Source: Dickeya solani IPO 2222 (GTDB lineage: Bacteria > Pseudomonadota > Gammaproteobacteria > Enterobacterales > Enterobacteriaceae). From it: a stretch of 32,000 nucleotides of DNA. A program made the position numbers and the translations under genes. Where the stretch lies: contig NZ_CP015137.1 in NCBI RefSeq assembly GCF_001644705.1, forward strand, positions 60,001 through 92,000, given 5' to 3'. The notes beneath the pieces are model-generated. The model searched no databases and had not been told where the DNA came from. It saw only the letters and a list, made by a program, of their open reading frames with translations. Shown here piece after piece: positions 7,686-15,606 of the stretch. Numbering within the stretch: position 1 is the stretch's first letter; each line of letters opens with the position of its first letter.

Positions 7686-10019
7686 TTAAGGCTGGGCGGC
7701 GGCAGGTTTCAGTTCCAGACGGCTGGAACTGGCGCCCGGCAGTAGTGGCGTCAGCGTCTCGCTCATCCAGCGGCGATAACCATTCAGCCACCAGCGGCTA
7801 AGCGGATTACCGCTCTGCCCGCCCGGCAGGCTTAGGGTGGCGTTAGCTTCATCACCCGGTGAAATCACCAGCCGTTCCGACGCGCCGAACGTTGGACGAT
7901 TAACATGCGGCACATGATTGTCCCCGGAGAGCGGTTCCGCCGGCACCCGCAGCAAACGGCCCAACAGCGGCAGCGACGAGGCCAGTGGGTGGCCGATGCG
8001 GCTCTGGTTAACGTCCCCCCAGTTACGGTGGCCTTCCCCGTTCTCCCGCCATACCGTCGACAGCTGTTGCAGCGAGAACTGACACCAGTCTTTGGCCGGT
8101 GCGGGCACCCACTGGCGTGCCTCATCATGCATCAGCTGTTGCACCGTCATATCCCAGCGCGGATTAGCAGCACGATAGCTGCTCTCCGGCCACGCCTGCG
8201 CCAGTTGCTGATCCAGCGAGCCGAACAACCGCTGGTAAAGCGTCTCGCGCCAGCGACTCAGCAACAGATAGGCCGTTGAGTCGGCCGCCGCCTGCCCGTT
8301 CCATTGCTGCAATAGCATGTTGATTGTCGTCTGATCCGCGATAACGTCCGGGGCGGAGGCACTCAGGCAGTCGAGCAGCCGGTCGCGCCAGCTCGCCGCC
8401 AGCAGCGCTCGGTTGTCCAGCTGGATACGATGCATCGTGGCAATATCCGGCTGTCTGACTTCGCCCAGCGCCTGATGAATCGCCGACGCGCGTACGCCAG
8501 GGTCGGCACCGCCATCCCCGACGACGTCCCCTTGTTCATCAAACAGCAGGCGGTTGTTGGCGGTCACGATGACCCCTTGCGGCGGGTCGATCAGTTGAGG
8601 ATGGGATGTGGGCGGCAACGCCGTCTCACGCCAGCGCGCCTGCAGAACGCCCGGCAGCGGAAAACTGTTCTGTACGCCGGGCATGAGCCGGTCCGGCAGC
8701 ATTCCGGCCAGCGTCCAGCCGATGTGCCCGTGGCTGTCGGCTACCAGCAGATTTTGCACCGGCACGCCGGCCCGTTGTCCAGCGGCCAGCGCTTCCGGCA
8801 CCGAGCGGGTTTCCGCCAACGCCATCAACGACAGATCCAGCGAGCCCGGCAACTGCAACACCCAGTGCATCGCCATGCGCCCTTGTCCGGTATCAACCAC
8901 CGGTCCCCAGTCGCTGGTTTGCACCGTCAGCGACTGCGGCTCGCCGTGGCTAACCGCCAGCGTTTCCTGCACAAGACGCGGATTGCCCTCGGCACTATTC
9001 AGTTTCACCCAGTCGAAAGTATCGGCGTAACCATTGGTAAAGCCCCAGGCGACATGCTGATTGCTGCCGCTGACAATAGCGGGCGCGCCGGGCAGAGAAA
9101 GCCCGGTCAGGCGTAGCGTCCCGTCGTCAGTCGGATAGATCAGCTGCGCGCGATACCACACCGTTGGCAGACGCAGCCCAAGATGCATATCGTTCGCCAG
9201 TATCGCCCGTTCCGGCGTACGCACCAGCCAGCCATTGCTGCCTTTGGCTTGTTCTTCGGCACCACCAGCAGCAAACGCCGCACTGTCCTGCTGGCCCCAC
9301 CACTCAGGCGGCGAGGCAGGCAACGCAGGGCCGGGCGGCAATTGTCCCACCAGCGGCGCATCCCACACGCTGGCGTCCGGCAACAGAAAGTCAGCCTGTC
9401 CCGGCGTGCTCTGGCTGGCAATCCAGCCGCGGGCGTATTCACGGCCGAACTGATTATCCTGCAGGTCAAAATACATCGCGGCAATCACCAACAAGGTATC
9501 TTCCGGCAGCCAGGCTTGCGGCTCGACACGCAGCAGCCAGTATTCGAACGGCCGTGTTTTCAGGCTATTTAACCCGGCATTCACGCCGTCGGTATAGCTA
9601 CGCAGGATCTGCTGCTGGTCGATGGGCAGCTGTTGCCAGCGTCCGGCAACCTGTCGGCGCAGCAAAAACAACCGGCGCTGGCGGTCCAGCGGCAACGCCG
9701 CAGCGCCCACCAACGCCGCCAGTTCCCCTGACGCGCTGCGCCTGAGCAAATCCATCTGGAAAAAGCGGTCCTGCGCATGGACAAAACCCAGCGCGAACGC
9801 GGCGGACAGGCGATCGCCAGCCCGGATGATCGGCACACCGGCGTCGTCTCGCTCCACCGTCACCGGCGTATGCAGACCCGGTACGCCCAGCTCGCCATCC
9901 AACTGAGGCAGACTCTGGCGCAGCAGCATCCATACGGCGATGGCGAGCGCCACCACCAGCACGGCGCACAGCGCCAGCCCGCCAACCGTTATCCGTAGCC
10001 AGTTGTTCAAACGCACCAC
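7686..10019 (-). CDS. penicillin-acylase-family (S45, Ntn hydrolase) protein; candidate N-acyl amidase or AHL acylase
   Basis: 777 aa. There is an N-terminal hydrophobic anchor at about residues 12-31. A low-complexity Pro/Ala spacer is followed by KG-SNGW (Ser at about residue 261, codon about 9237-9239), which resembles the self-processed N-terminal nucleophile of the beta subunit. It has a GTG start preceded by GAGGGAGGA. Confidence 0.8.
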   Translation of the reverse strand: MVRLNNWLRITVGGLALCAVLVVALAIAVWMLLRQSLPQLDGELGVPGLHTPVTVERDDAGVPIIRAGDRLSAAFALGFVHAQDRFFQMDLLRRSASGELAALVGAAALPLDRQRRLFLLRRQVAGRWQQLPIDQQQILRSYTDGVNAGLNSLKTRPFEYWLLRVEPQAWLPEDTLLVIAAMYFDLQDNQFGREYARGWIASQSTPGQADFLLPDASVWDAPLVGQLPPGPALPASPPEWWGQQDSAAFAAGGAEEQAKGSNGWLVRTPERAILANDMHLGLRLPTVWYRAQLIYPTDDGTLRLTGLSLPGAPAIVSGSNQHVAWGFTNGYADTFDWVKLNSAEGNPRLVQETLAVSHGEPQSLTVQTSDWGPVVDTGQGRMAMHWVLQLPGSLDLSLMALAETRSVPEALAAGQRAGVPVQNLLVADSHGHIGWTLAGMLPDRLMPGVQNSFPLPGVLQARWRETALPPTSHPQLIDPPQGVIVTANNRLLFDEQGDVVGDGGADPGVRASAIHQALGEVRQPDIATMHRIQLDNRALLAASWRDRLLDCLSASAPDVIADQTTINMLLQQWNGQAAADSTAYLLLSRWRETLYQRLFGSLDQQLAQAWPESSYRAANPRWDMTVQQLMHDEARQWVPAPAKDWCQFSLQQLSTVWRENGEGHRNWGDVNQSRIGHPLASSLPLLGRLLRVPAEPLSGDNHVPHVNRPTFGASERLVISPGDEANATLSLPGGQSGNPLSRWWLNGYRRWMSETLTPLLPGASSSRLELKPAAAQP

Positions 10020-10132
10020 CCTGTCCTCCCTCGTTATTCAGGCGAGCCATCATGACAATAGCGTGAGGCGGAAAACTGTTGCATTATCATTTGTATCATC
10101 CTGTATCTGCCATTGTCGTTTTTGGAGGAGAT

Positions 10133-10681
10133 ATGTTTCCGTTGCTGACGGCTCGTCTGTGCCTGCGCCCGTTTGTACCCTCTGATGCCGCCACGTTGCT
10201 TGACGCAATACATGAATCGGTGGAAACCGTCGGGCGCTGGTTGCCCTGGTGCGTGTCGGATTACGATCTACCGATGGCGCAGGACTGGATAACCTGTTGC
10301 GAGCAGCAGCGCCATGAAGGTGGGTCGTTCGACCTGGCCATCATCGACCGTACCGCCGGACGCCTGCTCGGCAACATCGCCATCAACAGCATCAACAAAG
10401 CCTACCGAATAGGTAATGTCGGTTACTGGGTTCGACGGTCAGCGCAGGGGCAAGGGTTGATTCCCGAAGCGGTGCGGGAAATCGTGCCGTTCGGTTTCGG
10501 CACGCTGGGGCTGACCCGGCTGGAAATCGTCGCGGCGGAGGAAAACCACGCCAGTCGCCGGGTGGCGGAAAAAGTGGGCGCGCATTTCGAAGGGTTGCTG
10601 CGCAACCGGATTATTATTCGCGACCGGCCGGTGACGGCAGCGTTGTATTCGCTGATTCCGGAGGATGCGCTTGTTCATTGA
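10133..10681 (+). CDS. GNAT-family N-acetyltransferase (RimJ/RimL-like)
   Basis: Motif A region: VRRSAQGQGLIPEAVREIV..FGTLGLTRLEIVAAEENHASRRVAEKVG. I trimmed the ORF-track start (10079) to the ATG at 10133, which is preceded by a strong GGAGGAG Shine-Dalgarno. Confidence 0.85.
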   Translation: MFPLLTARLCLRPFVPSDAATLLDAIHESVETVGRWLPWCVSDYDLPMAQDWITCCEQQRHEGGSFDLAIIDRTAGRLLGNIAINSINKAYRIGNVGYWVRRSAQGQGLIPEAVREIVPFGFGTLGLTRLEIVAAEENHASRRVAEKVGAHFEGLLRNRIIIRDRPVTAALYSLIPEDALVH

Positions 10682-10713
10682 TGTTTGTCGGTATTGACTC
10701 ATACCTGACCTGA

Positions 10714-11125
10714 CATTTTTACTGCTCTGAGCTATGCCTAATCTGGCTGTCCGCTGTTGCCAGAGGCGAACATTACTACTCGAGAAGGCTAGACGAGTGG
10801 GAGAACGCGAGGCTGAGCGAGCAGGTCAACAGCTTGAGCGGGCAGGTGCAGAGTTTAAGCGTTCAGATGCACCGGTTGTCGAAAGGCTGACGCCATCGAA
10901 TGGCATCAGCGGCAGGAACGAGAATTTCAGTACCAGAAAAATCTGGAGTTGGAACGTCCGCAGAAACAGAAGACCCACAACGGCCCCAGTATGGGATTAG
11001 CCTGGCAATTCTATTACGTATTCAGACAGTTCCATCAGGTGGCTGAACTTATCGGCTTCAGTTGCTATGTTTGCGACAGATTGATTTACGGTAAAGCCGT
11101 GTTCCGTCAGTCTGTTGATCAGATT
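10714..11125. pseudogene. decayed, frame-shifted ORF fragments (a coiled-coil protein remnant on + and an orphan C-terminal fragment on -)
   Basis: One + frame reads ..LCLIWLSAVARGEHYYSRRLDEWENARLSEQVNSLSGQVQSLSVQMHRLSKG*, with no start codon. A second + frame continues ..ADAIEWHQRQEREFQYQKNLELERPQKQK... No Shine-Dalgarno is present. The region looks AT-richer than its flanks. Confidence 0.3.
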
Positions 11126-11530
11126 CTATGGACTGATCTTGGACGTGCAGTATCGCGCAGTCTGCCATGATCCGGTAGCCGACTTACTTAGCAGAAACAG
11201 CTCCTGATAAGCCGCAGGAGTGACGACGCCGGTCGCTTTGTCTGTTTCGGTTCCCTCGGTGGCGCTCCGAACGAAGGCCCAGTCGGCGCTGATTTGCTCA
11301 ACCTCCTTTATTTCGTAGATCATATCGAAGCCGACTGTTTCAAACACGCTGTGATAGACCACAGCAAGCTCGTTCTTGCCCACTGCAGCTGGCCTGCCTG
11401 GCCCCATCAGTACGCCGTCATCAGTGTATGTTGCTATTACAGCGGCGATGTCGGCGCGATTGAAGGCGGTCAAGTAAGCGACCGCCGCCGCTTCAATTGC
11501 GGCCAGTTCTTCATTAAATGTCTTACTCAT
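11126..11530 (-). CDS. NTF2-like / SnoaL-like (DUF4440-type) small protein
   Basis: About 134 aa. AAVAYLTAFNRADIAAVIATYTDDGVLMGPGRPAAVGKNEL.. is the typical N-terminal helix pattern of SnoaL/ketosteroid-isomerase-like folds. I prefer the second ATG (11530) because GAGGA lies 6 nt upstream; the ORF track starts at 11536. Confidence 0.7.
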   Translation of the reverse strand: MSKTFNEELAAIEAAAVAYLTAFNRADIAAVIATYTDDGVLMGPGRPAAVGKNELAVVYHSVFETVGFDMIYEIKEVEQISADWAFVRSATEGTETDKATGVVTPAAYQELFLLSKSATGSWQTARYCTSKISP

Positions 11531-11604
11531 TATCATTCCTCGCTAGTATTACCTGGAAGCCAAGCGATTTTTTTCAAACCATAGTGCGTGGCAGTTGGAA
11601 AGCG

Positions 11605-12756
11605 TCACTCAGCCGCCGGCTCGGTCTCAACTAACGGGAACCAGCCCTTCGCATAGCTGATAACAGCCCAAAGTTTTTCCGGGATGTTCAGATCCGGTAC
11701 TGACGCGGGGTCGAGGACGTTCATGATTTCATCCGCGCGACCGGCCTTGGCCAGTGCGACCCAATTCGGATTCATGACCAGGGCCTGACCGATCGCTGTC
11801 AACGAGAGACCTGCGTCTAATGCCGCCTGTGCCAGCGCCGGCGTCTTGAGCCCGCCTGCCGCGATTACGGGAACGCGGTCGGCCACATGCTCAATAAGCA
11901 ATCGCGCAGTCGTCTTGCCACCGTCATCAACCATCGGCTTGCCATTGAGCACGTCGTACAGGGACGCATGGATATAACCAACACCGGCTTTTATCAGCTC
12001 GTCGATCAGTATCTTGGTATCCGCGATCCGCAACCCACCGTCTGCCTGTTCTTCAGGCGAGATACGGTATCCCAACAGAAAAGGTCGATCAGCGTGCGCC
12101 TTGATGACCTGGCTGGCGGCCTGAACAACGGACAATGGGAAGCGAAGTCTGTTGCTCAGAGAACCGCCCCATTCGTCATCGCGATTATTAGCCAGAGGCG
12201 AGAAAAAGTCCTGAAGAAGGAATCCATGTGCGCCATGCAACTCAACGCCGTCGAAGCCAGCGTCGATCGCGCGTCGCGTCGCGTCACCGAATGCTTTGAT
12301 GATGTTCTCAATTTCGTCATGCGTCAGAGCAATGGCCGTGTTCCCACCCTTGTTGAACAGACCGGCAGGTACTTCCATCGTGCTGGGGCCAACGACCCGC
12401 CCGTTCGGAACGAGTTCCGGCACCGCTTTGCTGCCCGCATGAAAGATCTGCAGGATGGCCGGAGCACCGCCACTCTTTGCGGCTTGTGCCAGCTTGCGCA
12501 GACTGGGGATGAAACGGTCATCGTAGGCGGCGAACTCGCCCGTGAAGCCGATCCCTTCCGGTGTGACGTGCGTACATCCGGTGATGACCATGCCGACATC
12601 CTTGGCGCGCGCCTGGACGTAGGCGGCCTCCTGGTCGGAGATGGTTTCGTCTGGATTGGCGGACCAGGTTGTCATTGGCGTCATGACGACGCGATTTCTC
12701 AACGTCATACCATTTTTAAAGTGGAAACCGTCAAAAAGCTGGTTTGAATGGGTCAC
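11605..12756 (-). CDS. NADH:flavin oxidoreductase, Old Yellow Enzyme family
   Basis: 383 aa. Motifs: RNRVVMTPMTT.., ILQIFHAGSKA, GFDGVELHGAHGFLLQDFFSPLANNRDDEWGGSLSNRLRFPLSVV, a classic OYE TIM-barrel signature. It has a GTG start with an AAGGAA Shine-Dalgarno. Confidence 0.88.
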   Translation of the reverse strand: MTHSNQLFDGFHFKNGMTLRNRVVMTPMTTWSANPDETISDQEAAYVQARAKDVGMVITGCTHVTPEGIGFTGEFAAYDDRFIPSLRKLAQAAKSGGAPAILQIFHAGSKAVPELVPNGRVVGPSTMEVPAGLFNKGGNTAIALTHDEIENIIKAFGDATRRAIDAGFDGVELHGAHGFLLQDFFSPLANNRDDEWGGSLSNRLRFPLSVVQAASQVIKAHADRPFLLGYRISPEEQADGGLRIADTKILIDELIKAGVGYIHASLYDVLNGKPMVDDGGKTTARLLIEHVADRVPVIAAGGLKTPALAQAALDAGLSLTAIGQALVMNPNWVALAKAGRADEIMNVLDPASVPDLNIPEKLWAVISYAKGWFPLVETEPAAE

Positions 12757-12910
12757 GAGATTTTCCTTGCTATGAGTGCGAACAATTTTGATCCGGGAGG
12801 AGCGAGCCTCGGTGTCGCTGGCTAAGATAGTGGTTATCGATTAAGTGGACTAGACGTATAAAAACACTTAGCCTTATCATTTCAGTGATTAATGGTGAGG
12901 AGAGAAAGCC

Positions 12911-13804
12911 TTGCGTCGCGACGAGATTGCAGATCTGACCGCCTTCGTGGTTGTTGCCGAGGAACGCAGCTTCACGAAGGCGGCTCTCCGTCTGGGGATG
13001 GCGCAGTCGGCCCTTAGCCAGATCGTCCGCCGTATCGAGGAACGCCTGGGTCTTCGGCTGCTTTCGCGCACGACACGCAGTGTCGCGCCCACCGAGGCTG
13101 GAGAGCGCCTGCTTGCGAAGCTTGGACCAATGCTGCATGACCTCGACACGGTGATCGGCTCCCTCAGTGAACTGCGCGACCGGCCTTCTGGAACGCTCCG
13201 GATCACGACGGTGGAGCATGCGGCAAAGACCATACTCATGCCGGCCATGAAGCGGTTGCTGGCAGACAATCCCGACATCCATATTGAGGTCAGCGTTGAT
13301 CACGCGCTGGTGGACGTCGTTGCCAATCAATTTGATGCGGGCATCCGCTTGGGCGGAGAGATCGACAAGGACATGATTGCGATGCGGATTGGTCCCGACA
13401 TCCCGATGGCTATCGTTGCCAGCCCGGCCTATCTGGCAAGACGTCCCGCGCCGACAACGCCCGCGGAGCTGATCGACCATAACGTCATCAACTTCCGCCT
13501 GCCAACATCCGGCACGTTAATTGGATGGCGCCTCATGAGTGACGGACGAGAAATAACAGTTCGAGGCCAGGGACAACTGGTCGTGAATACTATTGATCTT
13601 CTGGTCGACGCGGTACTGGATGGGCATGGTTTGGCATGTATCCACCTGGATCAGGTGCAGAGATTTGTTGATAACGGAAGCCTTATCCAGGTTCTCAGCA
13701 GGTTTACACCGGACATAACTGGCTATCATCTCTACTACCCTAACCGCAGGCACCACTCTTCCGCGTTCTCTTTGCTTGTCGAAACCCTTCGGTATCGCTC
13801 GTAA
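12911..13804 (+). CDS. LysR-family transcriptional regulator
   Basis: 297 aa. The N-terminal wHTH reads LTAFVVVAEERSFTKAALRLGMAQSALSQIVRRIEERLGLRLLSRTTRSVAPTEAGERLL. It is divergent from the OYE gene. It uses a TTG start at 12911 with GAGGAGAG upstream. Confidence 0.88.
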   Translation: MRRDEIADLTAFVVVAEERSFTKAALRLGMAQSALSQIVRRIEERLGLRLLSRTTRSVAPTEAGERLLAKLGPMLHDLDTVIGSLSELRDRPSGTLRITTVEHAAKTILMPAMKRLLADNPDIHIEVSVDHALVDVVANQFDAGIRLGGEIDKDMIAMRIGPDIPMAIVASPAYLARRPAPTTPAELIDHNVINFRLPTSGTLIGWRLMSDGREITVRGQGQLVVNTIDLLVDAVLDGHGLACIHLDQVQRFVDNGSLIQVLSRFTPDITGYHLYYPNRRHHSSAFSLLVETLRYRS

Positions 13805-13865
13805 TACGCGGGGAGCGGACGAATCAGCCGTTTCTGCGAATGGATCAGAGCGTAGAGTTAGTCTT

Positions 13866-13916
13866 GGGGCAGCCAAACCCTTTCCCGATCCCGTGACCTG
13901 CCCCCTGTTTTTTTAT
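13866..13916 (+). terminator. possible terminator of the LysR gene
   Basis: GGGGCAG (13866-13872) pairs with CTGCCCC (13898-13904) and is followed by CTGTTTTTTTATTT. The 25-nt loop is unusually large, so this call is weak. Confidence 0.3.
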
Positions 13917-13922
13917 TTGGAT

Positions 13923-15488
13923 TTACTCGTCCTCATCCCCGCCTTTGCGGCTACTCAGACCGTATTCCCGTAATTTATTGGCGATCGCGGTGTGAGACAC
14001 ACCGAGTCGTTTAGCCAGCTTACGGGTACTGGGGTAGGTCTGATAAAGGCGGGTTAATATCGAGCGTTCAAACCGTTTGCTGATGTCGTCGAGCGACCCT
14101 TCCAGCAAATCGTCATTGTGGACAATTTCTGGCTGGAAAGCAGGCAGGTCGATATCGCGTAGGCGGAGTTCGTCTCCTTCCAGCTGCGCCAGCGCCCGGT
14201 AGATGGTGTTTTTCAGCTGACGCACGTTGCCCGGCCAGCCGTACTGAGGCAACAGATTACGCACTTCCTGCGCGATATGAGGACGGGCGATGCCCTGCTC
14301 ATCGGCAAACCGGGACACAAACAGTTCCACCAGCGGCATGACATCCGCCGGGCACTCGCGCAACGGCGGCAGTTGCAGCGTCAGCACGTTCAGCCGGTAA
14401 TAGAGGTCTTCACGAAACAGACCGCGCTGCACCAGCTCTAGCATGTTTTTCTGGGTCGCGCAGATCACGCGGACATCCACGTGTACTTCGTGCTCTTCGC
14501 CCACCCGGCGGAACGTACCGTCATTGAGAAAACGCAGCAGTTTGGTCTGCATCTGCGGCGACATGTCGCCAACTTCGTCCAGCAGCACCGAGCCGCCGTT
14601 AGCCTGCTCGAAAAAGCCTTTCTTGCCTTCCAGCGCGTTGGGATAGGCGCCCGGCGCATGGCCGTAAAGTTCGCTTTCCATCACGTCATCCGGCAGTGCG
14701 GCGCAGTTGAGCGCCAGAAACGGTTTCTTACCGCGGCTGCTGCGCAAATGACAGGCACGGGCCAACATGTCCTTGCCGGTGCCGGTTTCCCCCGCCAGCA
14801 GCAATGGCGCATCCAGCATCGCCAGCTTGCGCGCCTGCTCCACCACCTGACGCATACGCGGACTGACCGCCACAATGTGGTCGAATTCCCGTTCGTCGTT
14901 GATCGGCGTGTCCTGCAACTGACGGCCCATGCGCACTGCCGACTTCAGCGTCACCAGCGCGCCGGCGACGGTGGATTTGCCTTTATCGTCTTCCAGATGA
15001 ACCGGCGTTACTTCCTGCAGAAAATCCTGCCCGCGGATCACCACACGTGTTATTTCCGGCTGGCCGCCCTGCTCCTGCCAGCGGGAAAAATGGTAATCGT
15101 TCAGCAACTGGCCGACGTTAAGGGCACGGGCTTTTTCCTGCGTCAGCTCAAACAGGCTGAGCGCGGCGGCGTTGACCAATTCCACTTTGCCTTTGAGATC
15201 GAACGACAGCACCGGCTCCGGCATCGACTCCAACAACGCGTTCAGCGCCCGATGCTCCCGCTCAGACGGCATAAACGCCACGGTACGCACATCGCTGACG
15301 CCCGGAATGCGGCGAATCTCCGTCATCAGCTCACGGAACGCGTCAAAACCGAGGGTGGTAAAATTGAGGTAGATCCGACCCGTCGGATCAATTTCGATAC
15401 CGCGCAGGTCGATATGTCGCAGCACCAGTAGATCGAGCAGCTCACGAGTCAGACCAATCCGGTCTTCACAAAATACTTCCAGACGCAT
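13923..15488 (-). CDS. tyrR: transcriptional regulator TyrR (aromatic amino-acid regulon; AAA+ bEBP-like, sigma-70 dependent)
   Basis: Collinear with E. coli TyrR from memory (MRLEVFCEDRxGLTRELLDLLVLR.., ..GTGKD.., FLNDGTFRRVGE, C-terminal STRKLAKRLGVSHTAIANKLREYGL). I trimmed the ORF-track start (15536) to the ATG at 15488 (MRLEVF). It has no GAFTGA loop, as expected for TyrR. Confidence 0.93.
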   Translation of the reverse strand: MRLEVFCEDRIGLTRELLDLLVLRHIDLRGIEIDPTGRIYLNFTTLGFDAFRELMTEIRRIPGVSDVRTVAFMPSEREHRALNALLESMPEPVLSFDLKGKVELVNAAALSLFELTQEKARALNVGQLLNDYHFSRWQEQGGQPEITRVVIRGQDFLQEVTPVHLEDDKGKSTVAGALVTLKSAVRMGRQLQDTPINDEREFDHIVAVSPRMRQVVEQARKLAMLDAPLLLAGETGTGKDMLARACHLRSSRGKKPFLALNCAALPDDVMESELYGHAPGAYPNALEGKKGFFEQANGGSVLLDEVGDMSPQMQTKLLRFLNDGTFRRVGEEHEVHVDVRVICATQKNMLELVQRGLFREDLYYRLNVLTLQLPPLRECPADVMPLVELFVSRFADEQGIARPHIAQEVRNLLPQYGWPGNVRQLKNTIYRALAQLEGDELRLRDIDLPAFQPEIVHNDDLLEGSLDDISKRFERSILTRLYQTYPSTRKLAKRLGVSHTAIANKLREYGLSSRKGGDEDE

Positions 15489-15566
15489 CAATAAAACCTT
15501 CTTCATCAGGTGCGGCAGGGACGAGAGCTGCATCATACTCTTTCACCGCCACCGGATGAAGTGGAG

Positions 15567-15584
15567 TGTCAGCAAAAGTTGACA
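15567..15584. promoter_or_regulatory. TyrR box in the tyrR promoter (autoregulation)
   Basis: TGTCAGCAAAAGTTGACA compares with the consensus TGTAAA-N6-TTTACA (9/12 matches, dyad symmetric TGTCA-N8-TGACA). It lies 79 nt upstream of the tyrR ATG. The E. coli tyrR box, as I recall it, is of the same TGTCA..TTGACA type. Confidence 0.6.
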
Positions 15585-15606
15585 CCCCGGCAACCGAAAA
15601 GCGGAT

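Noticed and set aside
10734-11000. An 88-aa + strand ORF (MPNLAVRCCQRRTLLLEKARRVGEREAERAGQ...).
   Set aside because: It has no Shine-Dalgarno and is Arg-rich like an out-of-frame reading. The alternative frames carry the more protein-like (but broken) coiled-coil text. I treat it as part of the gene debris.
13923-15536. N-terminal extensions in the ORF track for tyrR (also tpx 4548, GNAT 10079, MFS 18968, ycjX 21652, COG0523 25706, sapA 25880 and sapF 30367).
   Set aside because: The extensions lack Shine-Dalgarno sequences or overlap upstream genes. They precede the positions where similarity to the E. coli orthologues, signal peptides or strong Shine-Dalgarno sequences begin. I used the internal starts instead.
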